Made by a program: the position numbers and the translations under genes. DNA of 31,493 nt, from positions 1 through 31,493 of the forward strand of contig JAUWZH010000001.1 of the NCBI GenBank assembly GCA_030615435.1. The letters are read 5' to 3'. Numbering within the stretch: position 1 is the stretch's first letter; the number at the start of each line of letters is the position of its first letter. This document shows, piece after piece, positions 7,760 through 15,014 of the stretch. The DNA is from Candidatus Brocadiaceae bacterium. Lineage in GTDB: Bacteria > Planctomycetota > Brocadiia > SM23-32. The notes under the pieces were generated by a model. The model was given only the letters and a program-made list of their open reading frames with translations. It was not told where the DNA came from and searched no databases.

Positions 7760-8066
7760 GTGGCCGCCTTGAACGGCAACCGTGGCTTCGCCGTAGGGGT
7801 CGTATTTAATCTTCTCGTCGGTGTCACCACTGGAATCGGTTACAGCCACTACGTTCCAGTTTGCCTGCTGACAGTAGAAGTGGCGGCTCCGATCCGCCGC
7901 CGTCTACACAGTCACCATCATCGTCCGTATCCTTGTCAAATATGAGGACCTCGTCAATGTAGATGCCGCCGTAGACGTACTGCCTGCGGGCCTCCCACTT
8001 GTCGTCCTCTGCGCCCTCGCCGTTGGTGTCCCACTCCCTCTCTTCGAGCACCTGCCAGCCATCGCA
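7760..8066 (-). pseudogene. Rhs core remnant, truncated at both ends, with a +1 frameshift
   Basis: Colinear with 10226-10528 (DGWQVLEERE...TVAVQGGH). Extra C at 7889-7890 (GGCGGCTCCGATCC vs GGCGGCTCGATCC in the intact copies). Confidence 0.85.
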
Positions 8067-8234
8067 AACGCATACGACACCCGCAGTAGCTGTTCCGCCC
8101 AGTTGCCCGGTGTGGCACCCCCGATACCACGAAAGTTGGGGTCCTTCCCACGCTCGCATCTTACCGCCGCGCAAAGGCCCCCGGAACACCACCTGTGTAG
8201 TCTCTTCTGAGAACTCGGAATTAGGGAGTGAGCG

Positions 8235-9326
8235 TCATCGCAAGGGTTGACCCCGGGGATGAAGACCCACCCTCTGCTGAAGCCATGCGTAGAGGGGCTG
8301 ACTCTGAGCCTTCCCGAAGTGGAGGAGACCCGTCCCGTGCTTTTTCACAAACTCAATGTGGACCACCCGGTCGTTCTGTAGGCAGAAAAGGTACTCTATC
8401 TTTCTGCCGCTCTGAAGCTGCACGACCACATAGAAGTAGCGCCGACTGGCTATGGGCCTCGATGGCTCTGCAGTTTGCAGCGCAGAGACAAACCTTCTCA
8501 GCTCCTCCTGCCCCGAGATTTGGTCTACGACGCTATTGGCACGGTACCAATCTTCATACAAAGTGACCGTCCTTATCGACGCCGCCGACAGCAGTTCAAT
8601 TGCCGTGTACATCTGCTCTTCAAGGGCACGAGACTGTACGGATGATATCCTGTCCTCCATGAGCATCCTGCCAAGCATAAACGTGATTACCGCGAGAGAA
8701 GCCAACATGACAGCCAAGGAAACCACGATGCTAGTAGTACGCCACGACTTCTTCGTTGTCGCCCTTCCGGAATTCGCATCAGCCTGCGCGGTTGGGCGTG
8801 GGCTGGCTGCTCGGTCAGAGGGCTTCTGCTCCGCAACGGAGAGCATGGCCCCTTTGACCCGATCGCTGCCCAGGTACCTTAGCACGAACCCCAACGGGAC
8901 ACCGATGATGGCGGCATTCAGAAGGGCCCCCAGCACGAAAGGCAAGAGGAATTCCGATGCCGGCCCAGAACCAGAGCCCAAGCCCACCGCAATGCCGATC
9001 AGCTGGAATGCCGCAAAACCAATCACAGCGGCGAACGCCAGGGCCGTCAAGATCCGAAGAACCTTGCGAGCCCATTCGCTGAGCTGCAAGAGCTTCCAGC
9101 CGGATATCAGAGCCAGGACGCCCACAGCGCACAACGTCATCGCGATAATGCCAGAGCGCCCCAGAGCAAACGCTTGGCCGTCTGTTGGTGAAACGCCGGA
9201 ATTGGTCTGGCGTATCAGCAGCAGCATGTAGGCCCCCATGCCGGACCCGGCGCACAACAGCGCCCCAACCACAATCCAGAACCAACCAATAACAGTGACA
9301 CACGTCGGACGCTTGTCCCCAGGCAT
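8235..9326 (-). CDS. Membrane protein (about 4 TM + linker + TM + soluble domain), putative immunity/cargo after Rhs module 3
   Basis: ATG at 9326 with SD GAGGAGAGG; N-terminal RPTCVTVIGWFWIV and multiple hydrophobic helices; 68 nt after the Rhs stop. Confidence 0.6.
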   Translation of the reverse strand: MPGDKRPTCVTVIGWFWIVVGALLCAGSGMGAYMLLLIRQTNSGVSPTDGQAFALGRSGIIAMTLCAVGVLALISGWKLLQLSEWARKVLRILTALAFAAVIGFAAFQLIGIAVGLGSGSGPASEFLLPFVLGALLNAAIIGVPLGFVLRYLGSDRVKGAMLSVAEQKPSDRAASPRPTAQADANSGRATTKKSWRTTSIVVSLAVMLASLAVITFMLGRMLMEDRISSVQSRALEEQMYTAIELLSAASIRTVTLYEDWYRANSVVDQISGQEELRRFVSALQTAEPSRPIASRRYFYVVVQLQSGRKIEYLFCLQNDRVVHIEFVKKHGTGLLHFGKAQSQPLYAWLQQRVGLHPRGQPLR

Positions 9327-9394
9327 AATTCCTCTCCTCGGCAACCGTCACTCTATTTCAAGTCATGCCAGCTGGTCCAGGGCACGGAAACTCC

Positions 9395-10990
9395 CTACTC
9401 CTGAGCATCGCATGTGCCTATGATATCGTCATCCATGATCTCGTACTTACACACCAATAGTCCCACAGGCAGAGACACACCGACGTAACCACCCCCACCC
9501 GTAACCCGCTCTTCGGCTGGGGTGAATATTCCGATGAAGCCCGAGACACCCGCGAAACCAAGTCCGGCAGACCACTCAAAGAAGAAACCTTTGTACGCTT
9601 TAGGACAGTTCTTGCCAGTGATGTTCCCCAAAGGATGTGCACTCCACACTATTCCAGCCGCTACCCCTTGGCAGGTCTTTTGCAGGTTTACACGGTGCCT
9701 GCAGTTATTCTCATCGCAGCAATACATCTTGATAATCTTTGAAGACCAGCGGCCGCCATCCGAGAGGAACGGCAGCGTGATACCACCCTCAAGCTGAATG
9801 TCCCATCCGCCATAGTAGGAAATGAAACCCGAGTATCCCGCGCCGACTTCTTGCCAGGTTGCTCGACCAGGAAGCCGGCCTGCAAAGATCGGGTCTGCCA
9901 GCTTGGCCAGTTCCAGGTCGATGCGCCGGCCAATGCGTCTGTCGAGTGCCCTGCCTTGCCGCCAAGCCCACTTTGCTCCCCGCCCGGCTCTTTGTGCTCC
10001 CCGCCAAGTTTTGCGCCAGAAGGGCTCCCAACCAAAAGGATCCGAGTAGTATGTCGGGCAACCGTCCACGTATTCATATAGGCTCAGGGCTTGCGCCCAG
10101 CCGATCGGATCCCGTTGCAGGAACCTGCCCAGGACGGGGGTGTAAACGCGATTGCGGAAGTAATACAAGTCAACTTCTGAGTCCCAGCGGCGGCCCTGGA
10201 AGAGGTAGGGGTTGCCGGTGGCGGAGTGGCCGCCTTGGACCGTGACGGTGGCTTCGCCGTAAGAGTCATACTTGATCTTCTCGTCGGTGTCTCCGGAACT
10301 ATCAGTAACTGCAATGACGTTCCAGTTTGCCTGCTGACAGTAGAAGTGGCGGCTCGATCCGCCCCCATCCGTGCAGTAACCGTCGTCGTCCGTATCCTTG
10401 TCGAATATGAGGACCTCATCAATGTATATGCCGCCGTAAACATCCTGCCTTCGAGGCTCCCACTGGTCGTCTTCTGCGCCCTCTCCGATGGTGTCCCATT
10501 CCCTCTCCTCGAGCACCTGCCAGGCGTCGTAGAGGTATATCACGTCCGTGCCTGTGGCGAGGTCTTTCTTCACCCTTCGATTCAGGCCGTCGTAGTAGTA
10601 CTCCACCACAGTTGACCATGCAGGCGTCCCCTCGCCGTAGTCGTCCGAGTGCTCCACCTTGATGAGCCTGTTGCGGTAATCATAGTGGAAGCGGTCGGCC
10701 TTGTTGGTCGGATCGGTCCTGTCGGGCAGGATATACAGATTCCCGCTCTTGCTCGCGCCCTCGCCCCAGTCCAGGTTGAACGATCCAACGCCGCCCTGCG
10801 GGTCAAGCGCCGTGATCTCGTTCACGGTGTTATGCGTGCGCGTGTCGTAGGGCGTGTCATCCACCCTGTTCGTCTTGCTGACAATAGCGTCCCAGTTCCC
10901 GATCACCTCGAGCGTCCAGTGCTGTTCCCTGGCCGGCGTCCCCGTGATGGCGTCTTGCACCTCGTTGAGATCGCTTACCGTACGGCACAA
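9395..10990 (-). CDS. Orphan Rhs module 3: partial YD-repeat core + repeat-associated core + 210-aa Cys/Gly-rich tip
   Basis: YDYRNRLIKV, YYYDGLNRRVKK, NPYLFQGRRWD, YYFRNRVYTPVLGRFLQRDPIG and DPFGW. No SD-supported start, so N-terminally truncated. Tip is 9395-10027. Confidence 0.85.
   Translation of the reverse strand: MCRTVSDLNEVQDAITGTPAREQHWTLEVIGNWDAIVSKTNRVDDTPYDTRTHNTVNEITALDPQGGVGSFNLDWGEGASKSGNLYILPDRTDPTNKADRFHYDYRNRLIKVEHSDDYGEGTPAWSTVVEYYYDGLNRRVKKDLATGTDVIYLYDAWQVLEEREWDTIGEGAEDDQWEPRRQDVYGGIYIDEVLIFDKDTDDDGYCTDGGGSSRHFYCQQANWNVIAVTDSSGDTDEKIKYDSYGEATVTVQGGHSATGNPYLFQGRRWDSEVDLYYFRNRVYTPVLGRFLQRDPIGWAQALSLYEYVDGCPTYYSDPFGWEPFWRKTWRGAQRAGRGAKWAWRQGRALDRRIGRRIDLELAKLADPIFAGRLPGRATWQEVGAGYSGFISYYGGWDIQLEGGITLPFLSDGGRWSSKIIKMYCCDENNCRHRVNLQKTCQGVAAGIVWSAHPLGNITGKNCPKAYKGFFFEWSAGLGFAGVSGFIGIFTPAEERVTGGGGYVGVSLPVGLLVCKYEIMDDDIIGTCDAQE
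10107..10684. repeat. Rhs core block, gap-free direct repeat of 13363-13940
   Basis: Constant offset of 3256 nt at both ends of the block, with high nucleotide similarity by eye. Confidence 0.85.
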
Positions 10991-11024
10991 TCAGCCACCC
11001 CAGGCTTCTTAAGAGGCGGAGAAT

Positions 11025-11507
11025 CTAATCAGTCCGCCCCATGTGTTTGTACGTGGGCGAAGCGATGACAGGTCCTTTTCCCGGCACTATGATCTCCAAC
11101 TCATTCGACCTCGCGCCCGCCCATTTGAAGTACAGCTTGTGTTTTCCCGGCCCGAGCCAGTCTCGTATCTCATGATCCGTCATCCCAAATGCTATGAAGT
11201 TCTCTGCCGGAGCAGGGGGAATGTGTCTCGCAAGAATGCGCTTCAGTGAGACCTCCGGTTTGGGACCAGGTAATCGTGCTCTTTCAGCATCTATATAGAA
11301 CTCAAACTCTTTGACGCCAAACGGATGCACCAAAATCGTCCGCTTGCCAGAAATAGAAATCTTGATAAGGAGCTCGCCTAAGTCCGTTCTTTCTGCCCTG
11401 ACGCCCAAAAATAAATTGACGTTTTTCTTAATCCCTGCCTGACTGACAACGCAGCCGTTGAGAACTAACACGAGCGCACAAGCCGTGATTTGTAGATATT
11501 TCCTCAC
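11025..11507 (-). CDS. Putative lipoprotein (160 aa), candidate immunity/cargo
   Basis: GTG at 11507 with SD AAGGAGG (11525-11519). MRKYLQITACALVLVLNGC is a basic N-region, h-region and lipobox. Confidence 0.65.
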   Translation of the reverse strand: MRKYLQITACALVLVLNGCVVSQAGIKKNVNLFLGVRAERTDLGELLIKISISGKRTILVHPFGVKEFEFYIDAERARLPGPKPEVSLKRILARHIPPAPAENFIAFGMTDHEIRDWLGPGKHKLYFKWAGARSNELEIIVPGKGPVIASPTYKHMGRTD

Positions 11508-11596
11508 TGATTGAAAAACCTCCTTGAGGAAGCTCGGAGTTCGCAAAGCCCGAACCGAGGGAACGCAGAACAAACATGAATACGCATAACCATGAC

Positions 11597-12586
11597 TCAA
11601 TAACGCACTTTGCACTGTGGGTTAGTCTTCTCGAACTCTCCGATCTGTTCCTCCGTTATGAAATAGCAGCCCCTTATGTCGAGCTCCCTTAGTTTCGGCA
11701 TGTTGCCAAGGACTCCTATTTCCTTCACCCTAGGGCAGCCCGCGACGCACAGGTATTCGAGCTCCTTAAGACGGGCCAGCGGCCGTAGGTCTTCTACATC
11801 CTTACAGCGCATTAGATCCAAGTAATTGAGGTTCTTCAGAGTGGACAACGGCTCCAAATTTGATGTGCCGCTACACTCCCTCAGGGTTAAAAATCTTAGT
11901 TCGACAAGGCTCGCAAGCGATGAAATGTCTGCAATATTCCGACAGCGCCAAAGTTTGAGAGCCTTGAGATGCGTAAAGCCTTCAAGCGGCTGCAAGGTAC
12001 TGATCCTGCGAGGTTTTCCACGAATACTCTCGTCGAAGTAGATGGTGAGTATCTTGGGACTCCAATACCTTTCGCAGATTGCCGCGAATTGGCCTTCGTC
12101 CAAATTTCGGAAAGGGGAGAAACCTATGACCTCTGCGTTACGACCCCTACCCAACATCAGCTCAATGCAATTGTTAGCGTCTCTCTCCCCAAAAACAAGA
12201 GGTTGAGACTCTTCCCCAGAGAAGACATAGGGCCAGTCCTTTGCCCCACCGGACAAGAACCCCCTCCTCACACGCACGACTAAGGCGTCACCAGGCCCGA
12301 CCCTTAGCACCTTCGTAGTGGCAGGCGGAAAGAACGTTCCGTCGAAGGCTTCCTCGCCAGTCATCAAATTCTGTGCGAGGACAAGACTTTTCATCACTAC
12401 TTCTGATCTTTCAAGTTCCTCGTTAGACTTTGAAGCTAGCCTTTGGGGGACCGATCCTCCTGTCGCTGACTTGGCGTTTGGCCCTGACCTTCGCGTGTAG
12501 TTGCATGAAACCAAGCAGATAATGGTGCTGAGTGCCAAAATGGAAAGTGCCTGCGCAGCGTACGGACGGTTCATATTCCCAGACAT
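11597..12586 (-). CDS. Leucine-rich-repeat lipoprotein, candidate immunity/cargo after Rhs module 2
   Basis: Signal ending ICLVSC. About five to six 23-aa LRRs (LKALKLWRCRNIADISSL, LRFLTLRECSGTSNLEPL, LNYLDLMRCKDVEDLRPL, LRELDIRGC) and a cap ending NPQCKVRY. Confidence 0.8.
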   Translation of the reverse strand: MSGNMNRPYAAQALSILALSTIICLVSCNYTRRSGPNAKSATGGSVPQRLASKSNEELERSEVVMKSLVLAQNLMTGEEAFDGTFFPPATTKVLRVGPGDALVVRVRRGFLSGGAKDWPYVFSGEESQPLVFGERDANNCIELMLGRGRNAEVIGFSPFRNLDEGQFAAICERYWSPKILTIYFDESIRGKPRRISTLQPLEGFTHLKALKLWRCRNIADISSLASLVELRFLTLRECSGTSNLEPLSTLKNLNYLDLMRCKDVEDLRPLARLKELEYLCVAGCPRVKEIGVLGNMPKLRELDIRGCYFITEEQIGEFEKTNPQCKVRY

Positions 12587-12806
12587 GTGCGCTCTCCAGA
12601 GAGTGCCAGGTTCATATTCAATTATCGCTCAGCAGCCACAAGAGCTGCTTCGTATTCTTCGTCTGGCACACGCATGCTGGCCGGGGAGTGCACAGGCCAG
12701 CCCAATTGCCTTAGAAGCGCGGTTCTGTCCCTGAGTCCAAAGGCACTCTGCTGCCGCATCACCCATCCTAGGCGCTCCATATAAACAACCCGCCTCGGTC
12801 CCATGG

Positions 12807-14096
12807 CTACCAAGATTTCTCCACCCGGCAGTATGGAGACTCCGTTTCGGCACCTCCACCGAAGATCCCAATTATCCCTCGTACCCTGCGCCCAATCCAA
12901 CGACCTGGCCCGGCGGCAGCACCCACTATACCACGGCCGATGCCAATTGGAATATCTATTAGCCAATGCACAGGTGGGCGATAAATTGAGTATCTGCAGT
13001 AACCATTAGCGTCCGAACCCACGCCTGGACTTACCAAATCTAGCGACCCACGCTCGCCTATCAGCTGATTGTTCTTGTCGTAACAACATTGCTGACACCA
13101 CTCGAACCATCCGCATCCCAATTCTCTGTAACATGTCCCTCTGTGGAGGATGCTCCCCCACCGCACCCCCCAGAACCCCTGACCCTCCTCGCACCAATGC
13201 GGAGGCCCGTTTGCAGCGTAATCCTCCACGCTCTCGGGGTAATTCTCTGTCGGGTCGGGTTCGGTGTCCGGGCAGGATGCTTGCAAACCGAATGGATCCA
13301 CGTAATAAGTGGGAACAGACAGCCCATACTGGTACAGGTTCGTAACTATCACACTTATAATGGGATCACGCTGCAGGAAACGGCCGAGGACGGGGGAATA
13401 GACGCGGTTGCGGAAGTAATACAAATCAACTTCATCATCCCAGCGGCGGCTTTGGAAGAGGTAAGGGTTGCCGGTGGCGGAGTGGCCGCCCTGGACTGTG
13501 ACGGTGGCTTCGCCGTACGAGTCATACTTAATCTTCTCGTCGGTGTCTCCACTGGAATCGGTTACGGCCACTACGTTCCAGTTGGCCTGCTGACAGTAGA
13601 AGTGGCGGCTCGATCCGCCGCCGTCTACACAGTCGCCGTCGTCGTCCGTATCCTTGTCAAAGATCAGGACCTCGTCTATGTATGTGGCGCCGTAGACGTA
13701 CTGCCGCCTGGGTTCCCACTTGTCGTCCTCCGCCCCCTCGCCGTTGGTGTCCCACTCCCTCTCCTCAAGCACCTGCCAGCCGTCATAGAGGTAGATCACA
13801 TCGGTGCCTGTGGCGAGGTCCTTTTTCACGCGGCGGTTGAGGCCGTCGTAGTAATACTCCACCACAGTTGACCACGAAGGCGTCCCCTCGCCGTAATCGT
13901 CCGAGTGCTCCACCTTGATGAGGCGGTTGCTATAGTCGCACACATACTTGTGGTCCCTGTCTGCAGAACCGTCCTGGGTGAGGCTCCCGGCTGCATCATA
14001 GGTCAGCGAGATCTGCGTCTCGCCCATCCAACCCGTAGCATATGGAATCCACCGAGGTGGGTTCCTGCACAATCCTGCCCACGACAACGCCATCAC
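12807..14096 (-). CDS. Orphan Rhs module 2: partial core + 158-aa Cys-rich tip with AMOP-like motif
   Basis: LTYDAAGSL, DYSNRLIKV, NPYLFQSRRWD, LGRFLQRDPI and DPFGL. Tip is 12807-13283 and contains QQCCYDKNNQLI. No credible start. Confidence 0.85.
   Translation of the reverse strand: MMALSWAGLCRNPPRWIPYATGWMGETQISLTYDAAGSLTQDGSADRDHKYVCDYSNRLIKVEHSDDYGEGTPSWSTVVEYYYDGLNRRVKKDLATGTDVIYLYDGWQVLEEREWDTNGEGAEDDKWEPRRQYVYGATYIDEVLIFDKDTDDDGDCVDGGGSSRHFYCQQANWNVVAVTDSSGDTDEKIKYDSYGEATVTVQGGHSATGNPYLFQSRRWDDEVDLYYFRNRVYSPVLGRFLQRDPIISVIVTNLYQYGLSVPTYYVDPFGLQASCPDTEPDPTENYPESVEDYAANGPPHWCEEGQGFWGVRWGSILHRGTCYRELGCGWFEWCQQCCYDKNNQLIGERGSLDLVSPGVGSDANGYCRYSIYRPPVHWLIDIPIGIGRGIVGAAAGPGRWIGRRVRGIIGIFGGGAETESPYCRVEKSW
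13363..13940. repeat. Rhs core block, direct repeat of 10107-10684
   Basis: Gap-free alignment to the module 3 core. Confidence 0.85.
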
Positions 14097-14235
14097 TGAC
14101 CGTCAGTCACTGGTGAACGCGAAGAAGTGCCATGTCAGCATTACCCCGTCGCCCTCGAGACCATCTCCAGGTGAAGGCGTCCCGGCGGTTCCGGCCTAAC
14201 TCTGAAATACAGTGGGCTCATGCCGTCGCAGGCAT

Positions 14236-14574
14236 TCATTCGTCTCGCCGCAACAGCCTCTGCCATCGCGTCAGCCCATAAACTGGCGTCAGGATAAGGA
14301 ATAACTCCAGCCCGACCGAGACGGTTCCCACCTTTGCAGCCGTTCGCTGAAGCTTGTGGGCGACATGGAGGCTGAACAGCCCTAGGGACAAGAACCACAA
14401 AGGGATCAGAAGTCCTATTTCGAGGTCGCTCGCCACGTCAAGCCAGCCGCTCAACTGCAGCCGGGGCTTTCCCGTCGTTGATAAGTACACGGCCAAAGCT
14501 GCGATCTGAAGCAGGCAGATAATGCTCATGAAATTGTGAAAAACCAGGTAAACCGTTAGAATCCGCTTCAGCAA
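14236..14574 (-). CDS. Small membrane protein (112 aa, about 3 TM), candidate immunity/cargo
   Basis: TTG at 14574 with GAGGA overlapping the upstream stop; in frame with ORF 14236-14688; hydrophobic segments. Confidence 0.45.
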   Translation of the reverse strand: MLKRILTVYLVFHNFMSIICLLQIAALAVYLSTTGKPRLQLSGWLDVASDLEIGLLIPLWFLSLGLFSLHVAHKLQRTAAKVGTVSVGLELFLILTPVYGLTRWQRLLRRDE

Positions 14575-14588
14575 ATGTCTTCTGTTCC

Positions 14589-14984
14589 TCAAGGGTATTC
14601 CTCTCTGCCTATATTCTCGGGCGGGCTCCTGCCGGACACAGAGTCGCGCATGCGCGTGAACCAATAAAGGGGGCAACCGAAGGGCCACACGAAGACTATC
14701 ACGGCATACCAGAGGGCCTTCTTCCAGCCGTGATACCGCCTGTCAACGCACGAACAACACCACACAATGCAGCCGAAGATTAGCACCATCAGTACGAACG
14801 CGGCAAAAAAACCGGGAGGCACACGCTTCCAGGGCGTCTCTTGAGCCACGAGGAAGCCACCCGACGAGGTAACTGCGTTCCAGATAACCCATGCGCTTGC
14901 CAGGGGCCAAAGTGCGAACAAAACATCCAGCAGTATACAGCCGAAATGCCGGAGCCTACTCTGCGCCTTAGCGTGCCGCGACAT
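14589..14984 (-). CDS. Small membrane protein with PLDc_N-like C-terminal motif, candidate immunity after Rhs module 1
   Basis: Purine-rich SD region 30 nt after the Rhs stop; about 3-4 TM; KKALWYAVIVFVWPFGCPLYWF resembles the PLDc_N hairpin. Confidence 0.6.
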   Translation of the reverse strand: MSRHAKAQSRLRHFGCILLDVLFALWPLASAWVIWNAVTSSGGFLVAQETPWKRVPPGFFAAFVLMVLIFGCIVWCCSCVDRRYHGWKKALWYAVIVFVWPFGCPLYWFTRMRDSVSGRSPPENIGREEYP

Positions 14985-15014
14985 GGCGCGCCCCTCTCTC
15001 TCTTCCTCGCTGTC

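Noticed and set aside
7685-7760. Search for a duplicated tRNA 3' end (attR) or an integrase at the left island edge
   Set aside because: No TGGTGGAG-like copy and no recombinase ORF, so site-specific integration is not supported.
8452-9231. 259-aa plus-strand ORF
   Set aside because: Antisense to the SD-supported membrane protein gene 8235-9326.
13089-13871. 260-aa plus-strand ORF and similar ones (10226-10615, 10649-11068)
   Set aside because: Antisense shadows of the Rhs cores.
14190-14235. GTTAGGC on the minus strand, like an integron attC core
   Set aside because: No matching RYYYAAC inverse core after the upstream stop, no similar sites at other junctions and no integrase.
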